In this document: piece by piece, positions 9,232 through 19,805 of the stretch
How the letters are laid out: the number at the start of each line of letters is the position of its first letter
Position numbering within the stretch: position 1 is the first letter of the stretch
Assembly (NCBI GenBank): GCA_018650085.1
Contig: JABIGQ010000035.1
Coordinates: forward strand, 1 to 41,053
Direction: 5' to 3'
DNA: 41,053 nucleotides
Source: Candidatus Magasanikiibacteriota bacterium
GTDB taxonomy: Bacteria > Patescibacteriota > Patescibacteriia > Magasanikbacterales > UBA922
The notes under the pieces: generated by a model
Told to the model about the DNA's origin: nothing
What the model saw: only the letters and a program-made list of their open reading frames with translations
The model's database searches: none
Translations under genes and position numbers: made by a program

Positions 9232-10107
9232 ATGCTTATAGATTCACATTGTCATCTTCAGTTTCAGGTGTATAGTGAAGATAGAAAAGAAGTAATAGAA
9301 AAATGTTTGTCAAAGGACATGTTTTTAAATATAGTAGGAACTCAGAAAGATACGAGTAAAAAAGCGGTAGATTTGGCATCTGCGTATGAAAATTTTTATG
9401 CAACCGTTGGGGTGCATCCTATTCAGCATACGGCGACTGCTGTAATAGAAGAAAACACAAGTTTTATTTCAAGGGGGGAAGAATTTGATGAGGATTTTTT
9501 TGAGGATTTAATTGTTACTGGGCAGGTGATTGGTATTGGGGAAACTGGATTAGATAAATATCATATTCCAGAAGGTGAAGCAGGAAACATAGCATTTGAA
9601 AAACAAAAAATATTATTTAAAAAACATATTGCTTTTGCTAGGAAACATAATTTGCCATTGATAGTGCACGTAAGAGATGCAAAGAATGCAGAGGAGTCAA
9701 GTACTCATGAAGATGTATTTGAAATATTGGAAGAGGAATGGAAAGAAAATGGAAATATAAAAGGAGTGCTTCATTGTTTTACTGGAAATATAGAGCAAGC
9801 TAAGAGATATATTGATTTAGGTTTTTATCTGGGATTTGGTGGTGTTATTACTTACCCAAATAAAGGAAATAAATATGTAAATGGGAGTTTGGCAGATGTT
9901 ATTGATAGTATTCCTTTAGAAAAAATTCTTACAGAAACAGATGCTCCATATTTATCACCAAAAAAATATAGAGGCGGAAGGTGTGAGCCTTGGATGGTGG
10001 AAGAAGTTGTGGATTTTATTGCAGAGAGGAAAGAGATGGATGTTGATAAACTTAATGATATTATAGAAAATAATTTTAGGGAATTGTTTTCTTTATCTTT
10101 ATTGTAG
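9232..10107 (+). CDS. tatD: TatD family DNase
   Basis: IDSHCHL, GVHP, IGETGLD, HVRDA, GVLHCF, ETDAPYL. Confidence 0.95.
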   Translation: MLIDSHCHLQFQVYSEDRKEVIEKCLSKDMFLNIVGTQKDTSKKAVDLASAYENFYATVGVHPIQHTATAVIEENTSFISRGEEFDEDFFEDLIVTGQVIGIGETGLDKYHIPEGEAGNIAFEKQKILFKKHIAFARKHNLPLIVHVRDAKNAEESSTHEDVFEILEEEWKENGNIKGVLHCFTGNIEQAKRYIDLGFYLGFGGVITYPNKGNKYVNGSLADVIDSIPLEKILTETDAPYLSPKKYRGGRCEPWMVEEVVDFIAERKEMDVDKLNDIIENNFRELFSLSLL

Positions 10108-10118
10108 TAAGAAATAAT

Positions 10119-10364
10119 ATGTGGTACATATATATAGTCAACTGCGCAGATAATACACTGTATACTGGTGTAACTACAGATATTGAAAGACGAGTTTTTG
10201 CGCACAATAGTTTAAAGAGTGGGGCCAAATATACAAGAGCAAGACAACCAGTGCAGGTGGTATATAAAAAAATATATCCTAGCAAAAAAGAAGCTATGCA
10301 GGAAGAGTGGCGTATAAAACAATTATCCAGAAAAGAAAAGTTGGTATTAATAAAAAGTATATGA
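10119..10364 (+). CDS. Small GIY-YIG nuclease (UPF0213/YhbQ-like)
   Basis: WYIYIVNCADNTLYTGVTTDIERR..HN..GAKYTR..A..EE.RIK.LSR. Confidence 0.9.
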   Translation: MWYIYIVNCADNTLYTGVTTDIERRVFAHNSLKSGAKYTRARQPVQVVYKKIYPSKKEAMQEEWRIKQLSRKEKLVLIKSI

Positions 10365-11044
10365 CTATAAAACACATAGCCGTTATAATGGATGGGAATA
10401 GACGCTGGGCAACGAAGCGTGGAATGCCAAAGATAATGGGGCATACGCAGGGAGGAAAAAATTTATTTACAATAGTAGATGAAGCGATGAAGCAGGATAT
10501 AGGGTATATAACATTCTATGCTTTATCTACAGAAAATTTAAAAAGGAGTGAAGAAGAATTATCACACCTATTTTCATTATTTAATAAATCAGTTGCGAGT
10601 CTAGAAAAATTTATAAAAAATAATGTACAGCTCCGTGTTATAGGGAATTTACAGCTTATCCCAGAAGAAATTAGAAGTAAGTTGGAATCGATGATAGAAA
10701 AAACAAAAGATTTTTCTCATCCAAAAACAATATTGACACTGGCAGTAGCGTATGGTGGGCGTGATGAAATTATGCGTGCTATAAAAAAAATAATGCACAG
10801 TGGCATAAATGTTTCAGATATAAACGAAGAGGTGGTCGGTAGATATTTAGATACGCATGATATGCCGGATGTGGATTTGGTTATTAGGACTGGTGGGCAT
10901 AAACGGCTTTCTAATTTTCTTCCATGGCAGACAACGTATGCGGAGTTTTATTTTACAGATATACTCTGGCCTGCGTTTAACAAAAAAGAATTTATTAGTG
11001 CGATAGAGTGGTTTGAAGAACAGAAAAGAAATAAAGGAAAATAG
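10361..11044 (+). CDS. uppS: Undecaprenyl diphosphate synthase (start revised to ATG 10361)
   Basis: HIAVIMDGNRRWA, STEN..RS, YGGRDEI, DLVIRTGG..RLSNFLPWQ; ATGA overlap with the GIY-YIG stop. Confidence 0.95.
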   Translation: MTIKHIAVIMDGNRRWATKRGMPKIMGHTQGGKNLFTIVDEAMKQDIGYITFYALSTENLKRSEEELSHLFSLFNKSVASLEKFIKNNVQLRVIGNLQLIPEEIRSKLESMIEKTKDFSHPKTILTLAVAYGGRDEIMRAIKKIMHSGINVSDINEEVVGRYLDTHDMPDVDLVIRTGGHKRLSNFLPWQTTYAEFYFTDILWPAFNKKEFISAIEWFEEQKRNKGK

Positions 11045-11054
11045 AAAAGTTGGT

Positions 11055-11078
11055 GGCTGTGTTCACGGGGACACAGCC
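11055..11078. terminator. Hairpin between convergent genes (possible bidirectional terminator)
   Basis: GGCTGTGTTC-ACGG-GGACACAGCC; T-rich tail on the minus strand. Confidence 0.6.
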
Positions 11079-11107
11079 GTTGACCCTTTACGATTCATCA
11101 TTATTTT

Positions 11108-11302
11108 TTATTTCCTCCTGTTATGGTGTTGTGTTGGGGTGGTTGTACGGGTATGGATGTAAAATCCACACTCATTACACCACAAAGAACAGTCCACTGT
11201 ACGGCTACATGCCGTGTTTAGGACTCTTTTTTTTGTTACGGTTTTTGTGCTCCCACATTTGGGGTTTGGGCACCGTTCTTCCCCCTTTTTCTTGTAGGCC
11301 AT
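11108..11302 (-). CDS. Small basic Cys-rich (zinc-ribbon-like) protein, 64 aa
   Basis: CPNPKC...CSLWCNECG; SD-like GAAAGGGG upstream; GC-rich codons; hairpin downstream. Confidence 0.6.
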   Translation of the reverse strand: MAYKKKGEERCPNPKCGSTKTVTKKRVLNTACSRTVDCSLWCNECGFYIHTRTTTPTQHHNRRK

Positions 11303-11392
11303 TTGGCCCCTTTCTGCCCCACCCGTGATGATGAGGACACTTCATGCAACTAATGATTAATTGACTGAAGTGTAATAAAAAATTTGGCTAAG

Positions 11393-11416
11393 AAAAAAAC
11401 CACTTGGAGGTGGTTT
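11393..11416 (-). terminator. Intrinsic terminator of the 63-aa gene
   Basis: Stem AAACCAC / GTGGTTT followed by a U-run on the minus strand. Confidence 0.55.
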
Positions 11417-11488
11417 ATTGTTGTTTTTGCATTTCTGCTTTTGATCTATTAGCTAGTATTTTTTCTTCTTTATATTTTATCATATATA

Positions 11489-11680
11489 TTACTTAATATC
11501 AGTAAACATCATAACTAACTTTAGTATGATAATTACTAAAACGAGAAGTCCAAATCCTATAGCCCCGCCTTTTAGACGTAGGTCTCTATTTTCTGTAAGC
11601 AGGGTATCTACTTCTTCTGGGCTCATGTCCTTTGTGGATTTTCCAAAATGAAACGCTTTATTTTTTTTTGAGTATATCAT
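11489..11680 (-). CDS. Small single-TM hypothetical protein, 63 aa
   Basis: C-terminal hydrophobic helix; promoter-like TTGACA-18-TATACT just upstream; terminator downstream. Confidence 0.6.
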   Translation of the reverse strand: MIYSKKNKAFHFGKSTKDMSPEEVDTLLTENRDLRLKGGAIGFGLLVLVIIILKLVMMFTDIK

Positions 11681-11690
11681 ATATAAATAT

Positions 11691-11742
11691 AGTATAAGAT
11701 ATATATGTGTAAGTTGTCAATTATTATTAATTTTAGTATACT
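11691..11742. promoter_or_regulatory. Back-to-back sigma70 promoters sharing a palindromic -35 (TTGTCAA)
   Basis: Plus strand: TTGTCA (11714-19)-17-TATACT (11737-42). Minus strand: TTGACA (11720-15)-18-TATACT (11696-91). Confidence 0.6.
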
Positions 11743-11770
11743 AATAGTATATTTATTAAATAAAATATTT

Positions 11771-13396
11771 ATGAAGAATTTTTTCATTGTATTATGTACG
11801 TTTTTATTATTACCCTCAATAGTACACGCAGCGCCTGCTACTAATTATGGATGTAGGGTAGAAGGAAATCTAGAAGAAATTGAAGGAGGAAAAAATCGAT
11901 TATATACAGCAATAAGTTATACGCTTGATAGTGGTGATGTATATGATATCCCATTTAGTATTTCTATGCAGACAAATAGTGGATCATTGGGATCTTATAG
12001 TGGAGAAGTAGATTTATATTATACAGGTGAATCAGTAAATCAATTTGATAGAACTGAAATAAATAGAAGTTTAGTAAGTCCATTGTATCAAGGAGAAGCG
12101 ATTTTAACACCAGAGTTTTCTATACAGGGAAATTCGTCTGTTCAAATAGGCGCTTCTCTAAATGGAATTACATGTACACCACTTATTTTAGAAGTGGTAG
12201 AAGAAGATGTCATTATAGAATGTTTTGCAGAGGGTGCATTAGAATTATTAGATTCGGGTGATAATAGATTGCAGTATTCTCTCATGTATGATGTCTCAGA
12301 AGATAAAGATAATGTGCCATTTTTTATTGAAGTGGTAAATAATGCAGGAAGATTTGATAGTAAAAGTGGTACAGATTCACTTTATGCGGATGCTCAGCTT
12401 GTTGTGTTGTATCAAGGTAACCCTGTACAAATGGTTACTATTCCAGCAGTGATAGATGGAAATATTTCTATAGAAGCCACACTGGGAGGAAAAACTTGTG
12501 ATACAAAACAGCTTACCTTGTTAGAATTACCAGAAGAATTAATTATAGAAGAAATAGAACCGTTGGTAGAAGAACAACCACCTGTAGAACCTCTTGTAGA
12601 AGAAGAATCTGATCCTATCGTAGAAGTACCGCCGATTGTGGAAGAGGAACAGCCAGTGGTTATGGCTGAACCAGAACCGTTACCAGTTGTTGTGGAAGAT
12701 CCAGCTCCAGTGGTGGCAGTGGTTTCTTCTCCGTTTGCTTCTCCAAATGTTCCGCAGACAGTTACTACAGATAATGAAACATCTACAACTGTTTCACCTT
12801 CGTGTACTGTAGTTGCAGAAGGGCAAGTACAAGAAAATGGTAGTATTTTATTAGGGAATGCAATTACCTTTAAAGATTTTGATTTAGGAGAGCATAGTTA
12901 TAGATTAATTGGTTATTCTGAAAATGATAGTTTTGATCAGACACAGTTCATGGATCAGATACAATTTGTAGATACACAAGGGGTATTAATGCAGACAAAC
13001 GCAGTGACTGCTAGTTTCCCAATGATATTTATGCCAAAACAAGCAAATGAGACATTTGTGATTAATGCAATAATTGATGATGTGGTATGTAAATCGGTTA
13101 TGTTTGTCTCTTCTCCTATGATGAATGTTACAGAACTAATTACTGTGTTTCCAAAGGGGACTTCCCAAGAAGTCACAGCAGATGTGCATTCTTTGGCGCT
13201 TATTTCTTCAAATGATAAGGGATTGGCTGAAGATACGGAACCAGTTGTCCGTAATGTAGAATCATCTTCAGAGCTTAGTTCAACCCAGTTTATGGTTATT
13301 ATCATTGTCTCAATTATCTCTGTAGTATTTCTTGCCTTGGTTGGTATGCTTTCTTATGTAAAACTAAAGAAAAAACAGTCAGATTTTTTAAGATAA
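11771..13396 (+). CDS. Secreted membrane-anchored repeat protein (3 Cys-pair modules), paralog of 3804..7088; start revised to ATG 11771
   Basis: Signal MKNFFIVLCTFLLLPSIVHA|A; last module PSCTVVAEG..ASFPM..FVINA..VVCKSV matches PTCRVVAEG..ASFPM..FVLNA..VTCQSV; TM helix plus KLKKK. Confidence 0.85.
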   Translation: MKNFFIVLCTFLLLPSIVHAAPATNYGCRVEGNLEEIEGGKNRLYTAISYTLDSGDVYDIPFSISMQTNSGSLGSYSGEVDLYYTGESVNQFDRTEINRSLVSPLYQGEAILTPEFSIQGNSSVQIGASLNGITCTPLILEVVEEDVIIECFAEGALELLDSGDNRLQYSLMYDVSEDKDNVPFFIEVVNNAGRFDSKSGTDSLYADAQLVVLYQGNPVQMVTIPAVIDGNISIEATLGGKTCDTKQLTLLELPEELIIEEIEPLVEEQPPVEPLVEEESDPIVEVPPIVEEEQPVVMAEPEPLPVVVEDPAPVVAVVSSPFASPNVPQTVTTDNETSTTVSPSCTVVAEGQVQENGSILLGNAITFKDFDLGEHSYRLIGYSENDSFDQTQFMDQIQFVDTQGVLMQTNAVTASFPMIFMPKQANETFVINAIIDDVVCKSVMFVSSPMMNVTELITVFPKGTSQEVTADVHSLALISSNDKGLAEDTEPVVRNVESSSELSSTQFMVIIIVSIISVVFLALVGMLSYVKLKKKQSDFLR

Positions 13397-13410
13397 AGGG
13401 AAAAAAGAAG

Positions 13411-13440
13411 GGCATGTGTTTAGGACATATGCCTTTTTTT
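13411..13440 (+). terminator. Rho-independent terminator
   Basis: GGCATGTGT-TTAGG-ACATATGCC followed by T7. Confidence 0.75.
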
Positions 13441-13483
13441 ATAGATAAAGGAGCTCTTATGCACATATGTATAGAAAAAATAG

Positions 13484-13512
13484 TTGACTTTGATAACAAA
13501 ATACTATATAAT
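13484..13512 (+). promoter_or_regulatory. sigma70 promoter of the atp operon
   Basis: TTGACT-17 bp-TATAAT. Confidence 0.75.
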
Positions 13513-13562
13513 AATGTCGTTTCAAATCAAATGTGAAAACGATTTTTTCTCTATAATATTGT

Positions 13563-13871
13563 ATGAATAAGTTAGAACAAAAACGAGAAGAACTCGTTCA
13601 CAAAACATTTACATCCATGTTTAAGATTTTAATAATCTTTGGCATTCCTGCAGCAATTGGTTTTTTTGTAGGAAGTTTCGTAGACGCGAAATATGATATT
13701 CGTCCGTATGGATCTGTGGGTGTACTCGCGGTCACATTTATTTTATCTTGGATTATTATGATTCGGATGTATCTAAATATAACGAAACAGTTTAGTGCAT
13801 TACGAGAACAAGAAAATGCAGAGCGTAATATTACACAGAAAATGCTAAAAGATAATATTTCTTCTAAATAA
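13563..13871 (+). CDS. AtpZ/AtpI-like (ATPase gene 1) membrane protein
   Basis: Two TM helices, G..VG..VD...D..P motif; first gene of the atp operon. Confidence 0.75.
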   Translation: MNKLEQKREELVHKTFTSMFKILIIFGIPAAIGFFVGSFVDAKYDIRPYGSVGVLAVTFILSWIIMIRMYLNITKQFSALREQENAERNITQKMLKDNISSK

Positions 13872-13881
13872 AGATATAGTT

Positions 13882-14673
13882 ATGAGTTTTCAAGTGGCTG
13901 TAGCACAACCAGAAGTACAACCAGAAGCTGTATTTGCGATTGGGAATTTTGTGGTATCAAATGCTATGATGATGAGTGTAGTTGTTACATTCATTTTTTT
14001 ATTTTTGAGTGTCGGTTTTATTCGTAAATCAAAACTTGTTCCATCTATATTTCAAACAATGTTTGAATTATTGGTAGATGGAATATTAGGTTTACTTGAA
14101 TCCATCATGGGGAATAGAAAAGGAGCAGAAAAGATGTTGCCATTGATTGGGTCATTATTTCTATTTGTAGGATTATCAAATGTGATAGCGTTGTTTCCAG
14201 GGGTAACATCATTTACATATGATGGAGTACAGATGTTTAGAACACCTACAAATGATTTCAATACTACGTTTAGTATTGCACTTGCCATGATAATATTGAC
14301 GCAAATTGCAAGTATGAAAGAGTTTGGTATCTTTGGGCATTTAGGAAAGTATTTCAAGTTTAAGGATGTTGTGGTAGGATTTAAGAAAGGTGCCGGAGAA
14401 GGAGTACTTGCTATAGTAGACTTTTTGATTGGATTGTTAGATATTGTGTCAGAAATCGCAAAAGTTATTTCATTGTCCCTTCGTTTATTTGGGAATATGT
14501 ATGCCGGAGAAGTATTAGCAGCTATCCTACTTGGGACATTTGCAATGTTTATTCCAGCACCATGGTTAGCAATGAATTTACTGGTAGGATTACTCCAAGC
14601 ATTAGTATTTGGGTCATTGACCGCAGCATACTATGCATTGGCAATAGAGAAATCAGAAGAACAAATTAATTAA
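13882..14673 (+). CDS. atpB: F0 subunit a
   Basis: SLSLRLFGNMYAGE, LQALVF, PT.D.NTT. Confidence 0.95.
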   Translation: MSFQVAVAQPEVQPEAVFAIGNFVVSNAMMMSVVVTFIFLFLSVGFIRKSKLVPSIFQTMFELLVDGILGLLESIMGNRKGAEKMLPLIGSLFLFVGLSNVIALFPGVTSFTYDGVQMFRTPTNDFNTTFSIALAMIILTQIASMKEFGIFGHLGKYFKFKDVVVGFKKGAGEGVLAIVDFLIGLLDIVSEIAKVISLSLRLFGNMYAGEVLAAILLGTFAMFIPAPWLAMNLLVGLLQALVFGSLTAAYYALAIEKSEEQIN

Positions 14674-14700
14674 TTTAGATATATATTTAATTATACGTAT

Positions 14701-14916
14701 ATGGATATTGAAGTAGCGCGACTTATCGCAAAAGGACTTTGTACCACATCTATGTTTGGATCTGGTATTGGTGAAGGATACCTTATTGGTAAAGCACTAG
14801 AAGCAATTGGGCGTAACCCAAAGATGGAAGGAAGCATTTTTAGTAAAATGATCATCGGTGTTGCTCTAGCAGAATCTACTGCGATTTACGCATTTGTAGC
14901 ATTCTTTATTGTATAA
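14701..14916 (+). CDS. atpE: F0 subunit c
   Basis: GxGxGxG stripe, RNP loop, ion-binding ESTAIY. Confidence 0.95.
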   Translation: MDIEVARLIAKGLCTTSMFGSGIGEGYLIGKALEAIGRNPKMEGSIFSKMIIGVALAESTAIYAFVAFFIV

Positions 14917-15006
14917 TACCATTTTAATGGTATAAGCTATTGTTTTAGCTTCGGTGTATATGTGTATATACACCAACTGGTAAAACAATAATTAGTTAAT
15001 TGTCAT

Positions 15007-15513
15007 ATGGATTATATTTTGGACACATTAGGGAAAGTAGGATTTGAATGGAAAATGGGATTATTTAATTTTTTAAATTTTCTTGTTGTATTTTTGATAT
15101 TAAAAAAATACGCGTTTAAACCAATTACAAAAGTAATAGCAGAACGCCAGAAAAAAGCAGAAGACACTGTTGAAAATTTTCAAAAAGCAAAGTCTGAATT
15201 ACAAATGGCAGAACAAAAAGCACAAACATTAATAGATGAAGCAAAAGTAGAAGCAAATAGAACAATAGAAAAATCTCATGAGACAGCGCAAGCACAAGCA
15301 GTTGATATGAAAGAAAAAGCAAAAGCAGAGATTGAATCACTTATTGTACAGGCAAAAAAGAATATTGCTATAGATAGATTAGAAATGCAAGATTCACTTC
15401 GAACGGAGACAGTTGAGTTAGTAATAAAAGTAGTAGAAAAAATTGTTGGAAATAAATTAGACAATGCTACTGATGATGCATATATTAAAGATGTTCTTGC
15501 AACATTGAAATAA
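15007..15513 (+). CDS. atpF: F0 subunit b
   Basis: NFLVVFLILKKYAFKPI..ERQ followed by a coiled coil. Confidence 0.92.
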   Translation: MDYILDTLGKVGFEWKMGLFNFLNFLVVFLILKKYAFKPITKVIAERQKKAEDTVENFQKAKSELQMAEQKAQTLIDEAKVEANRTIEKSHETAQAQAVDMKEKAKAEIESLIVQAKKNIAIDRLEMQDSLRTETVELVIKVVEKIVGNKLDNATDDAYIKDVLATLK

Positions 15514-15519
15514 TAGATT

Positions 15520-15909
15520 ATGCCTAAATTAATCCCAAAACAATACGGAAAAATTTTATACGACATTACTTACGGAAAAGATGGGGAAGAGTTGGATAAG
15601 GCTCTTTCTATATTTGCAACATTTTTACGAAAAGAACAAGTCTTGTCAAAATTACAATATATTGTAGAAGAATATATTGCATATGGAAAAGAAAAAGAAG
15701 GAATAGTTTCACTGCATGTTACAAGTGCACGAGAACTTTCAAAGGAAATGATAGGAAATATTGAACAAGCATTTGAAAGAAAAGCAGAAATAACACAATC
15801 CGTAGATAAGGAACTTATAGGTGGATTAGTCGTAAAAGCAGGAGATACGATTTTAGATGGAAGTGTACAAACACAATTAAAACAATTAAAACAACATTTA
15901 AGCAATTAA
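15520..15909 (+). CDS. atpH: F1 subunit delta (short)
   Basis: [27 protein letters not shown]; operon position. Confidence 0.9.
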   Translation: MPKLIPKQYGKILYDITYGKDGEELDKALSIFATFLRKEQVLSKLQYIVEEYIAYGKEKEGIVSLHVTSARELSKEMIGNIEQAFERKAEITQSVDKELIGGLVVKAGDTILDGSVQTQLKQLKQHLSN

Positions 15910-15919
15910 TTATCTGGTT

Positions 15920-17413
15920 ATGTCATATACAGATCAAGTGGTCGCAACATTAAAAAAACATATTGATTCTTTTGAAAAACAAGTTGATGTACAAGAAGTA
16001 GGTACTGTTATTGAGATTGGTGATGGTATTGCTCGTATGACTGGATTGTCTCAATGTAAGGCACAAGAGATGCTTGAATTCCCAGGTGGAGTATATGGTT
16101 TAGCATTGAATTTGGAAGAAGAAACAGTGGGTGCTATTATTTTAGGAGATTATAGAGCAATTAAAGAAGGAGATACTGTAAAAAGAACTGGACGTATTAT
16201 GTCTATCCCAGTGGGAGATGCTATGATTGGGCGTGTAGTAAATGCACTTGGAATAGAAATAGATGGAAAAGGAGATTTAAAAACAAAAGAATTTTATCCT
16301 ATAGAACGTGTTGCGCCGGGTGTTATGACACGTGAGCCAGTGAATCGTCCTATGCAAACAGGAATAAAGGCTATTGATGCGATTATCCCAATTGGACGTG
16401 GACAGCGTGAACTTATTATTGGAGATAGACAAACTGGAAAAACAGCGATTGCAATTGACGCAATTATAAACCAAAAAGGACAAGACATGGTTTGTGTGTA
16501 TGTAGCTGTGGGGCAAAAAGACTCAAAAGTAGCTCGTATAGTATCAAAACTTGAAGAAGCCGGAGCAATGGATTATACAGTGGTAGTTTCTGCTGGAGCT
16601 TCTGAACCAGCGCCTATGTCTTATTTAGCACCGTATGCTGGTGTGACTATTGCAGAATATTTTGCAGATAAAGGAAAAGATGTATTGATAGTATATGATG
16701 ATCTTACAAAACAAGCATGGGCTTATCGTGAGATGAGTTTGCTTCTTCGTCGTCCACCAGGCCGAGAGGCTTATCCTGGAGATGTATTTTATCTTCATTC
16801 ACGTTTACTTGAACGAGCATGTAATTTAAATGAAAAGCATGGTGGTGGTTCTATTACAGCATTACCTATTATTGAAACACAAGCAAGTGATATTTCAGCA
16901 TATATTCCTACCAATGTAATTTCTATTACAGATGGACAGATTTTTCTTGAAACAGACTTGTTTTATAAAGGAATTCGCCCAGCGTTGAATGTAGGACTTT
17001 CTGTATCTCGTGTAGGTGGATCAGCACAGATTAAACCAATGAAAAAAGTAGCAGGAAGTATGAAATTGGATCTTGCGCAGTTTCGTGAATTGGAAGCATT
17101 TTCACAATTTAGTAGTGATTTAGATGCAGATACAAAACAAAGTATTGATCGTGGCCAAAGAATTACTGAAATGTTAAAACAAGGACAATATTCACCATTG
17201 TCAGTGGAAGAACAAGTTATTTCTATTTATGCTGCAGGAAAGGGTTATTTTGATGATGTAGATGTGTCACGTGTAAGGGAAGTAGAAGAAAAATTACTTG
17301 ATTTTGCTAAAAAAGCAAAAGCTTCATTACTTGGAAAAATAAAAGCTGGTGATTGGAGTGATGAAACACAAGCAGCAGTAAAAGAGTTATGCGAAGAATT
17401 TAAAAAACAGTAA
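15920..17413 (+). CDS. atpA: F1 subunit alpha
   Basis: [40 protein letters not shown]. Confidence 0.98.
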   Translation: MSYTDQVVATLKKHIDSFEKQVDVQEVGTVIEIGDGIARMTGLSQCKAQEMLEFPGGVYGLALNLEEETVGAIILGDYRAIKEGDTVKRTGRIMSIPVGDAMIGRVVNALGIEIDGKGDLKTKEFYPIERVAPGVMTREPVNRPMQTGIKAIDAIIPIGRGQRELIIGDRQTGKTAIAIDAIINQKGQDMVCVYVAVGQKDSKVARIVSKLEEAGAMDYTVVVSAGASEPAPMSYLAPYAGVTIAEYFADKGKDVLIVYDDLTKQAWAYREMSLLLRRPPGREAYPGDVFYLHSRLLERACNLNEKHGGGSITALPIIETQASDISAYIPTNVISITDGQIFLETDLFYKGIRPALNVGLSVSRVGGSAQIKPMKKVAGSMKLDLAQFRELEAFSQFSSDLDADTKQSIDRGQRITEMLKQGQYSPLSVEEQVISIYAAGKGYFDDVDVSRVREVEEKLLDFAKKAKASLLGKIKAGDWSDETQAAVKELCEEFKKQ

Positions 17414-17423
17414 GCTGTAAAAT

Positions 17424-18383
17424 ATGGCACTGAGTACCAAAGCAATTAAAACAAGGATTAAATCGGTAAAAAATACCAAGAAGATCACCAAAGCAATGGA
17501 GATGGTTTCAGCTTCAAAAATGAGAAAAGCAGTTGACGCTGCTCTAAACACTCGTATGTATGCTACTCTTGCTTCTGAGCTTCTAGAACATCTTTCTGGT
17601 ATAGATGAACCAAATATCCCATTACTCGAAAAAAGACCTATAAAAAAGGTGCTCATGGTTTTGATTTCTTCAAACAGAGGACTCTGTGGTGGATTTAATG
17701 GAAATATTTTAAGAAAATCTGTAGAATTATTTAAAGATAAAGAAGATCTAGCAACGCATAAAATAAAAAGTGGAGAAGAAGCGATTGACGTGTTAGAAGA
17801 TGTAGAAGTGGAAGTACTAGGTATTGGAAAAAAGAGTGCTGCATTTGCAAAAAAGTATGACTTACCACTTATCGCTGTATTTGATGAGCTGTCAGAAGCG
17901 CCATCATTTGAAGACATATTACCTATTAGTAATATGATCAATAATAGTTACCTTGATAAAACATATGATAAAGTAGTTATTGTCTATACTCATTTTCAAT
18001 CAAGCTTGGTCCAAACAGTAAAAGTACGCCAAGCATTGCCAGTAACAAATAGTGAGATTGAAGAGATGATTGCAGATGTATCAAAGGATACTGATAAAGA
18101 AAAAAAAGAAGATTCATTTCCTATTGAACAATATATTTTTGAACCAGGGCTTGATAGTATTATAGAGCATGTGATGCCGCGATTAGTTGAAATTCAATTG
18201 TATCAAGCAATATTAGAATCGGCTGCAAGTGAACATAGTGCTAGAATGCTTGCCATGAAAAATGCAAGTGAATCAGCAGATGATATGGTCAATTCACTTA
18301 CCCTTGCGTTTAATAAAGCTAGACAAGCTGCAATTACTCAAGAAATTGCAGAAATTTCTGGAGGAGCCGCAGCGCTTGAATAA
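17424..18383 (+). CDS. atpG: F1 subunit gamma
   Basis: KITKAMEMVSASK, RGLCGGFN, ARQAAITQEIAEI. Confidence 0.97.
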   Translation: MALSTKAIKTRIKSVKNTKKITKAMEMVSASKMRKAVDAALNTRMYATLASELLEHLSGIDEPNIPLLEKRPIKKVLMVLISSNRGLCGGFNGNILRKSVELFKDKEDLATHKIKSGEEAIDVLEDVEVEVLGIGKKSAAFAKKYDLPLIAVFDELSEAPSFEDILPISNMINNSYLDKTYDKVVIVYTHFQSSLVQTVKVRQALPVTNSEIEEMIADVSKDTDKEKKEDSFPIEQYIFEPGLDSIIEHVMPRLVEIQLYQAILESAASEHSARMLAMKNASESADDMVNSLTLAFNKARQAAITQEIAEISGGAAALE

Positions 18384-18410
18384 TCAATTAATGAATAAAC
18401 TCATAAATAA

Positions 18411-19796
<1,386 letters not shown>

Positions 19797-19805
19797 TATT
19801 TTTTT

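Noticed and set aside
10119-10364. Homing endonuclease or intron
   Set aside because: Stand-alone 81-aa UPF0213-type gene; neighbours are uninterrupted.
11050-11328. 92-aa plus-strand ORF
   Set aside because: TTG start inside a hairpin, and antisense to the better-supported Cys-rich ORF.
11415-11483. 22-aa minus-strand ORF (MIKYKEEKILANRSKAEMQKQQ) after the 63-aa gene
   Set aside because: Too short to support. It could be a microprotein or a frameshifted tail, but the sequence alone cannot show this.
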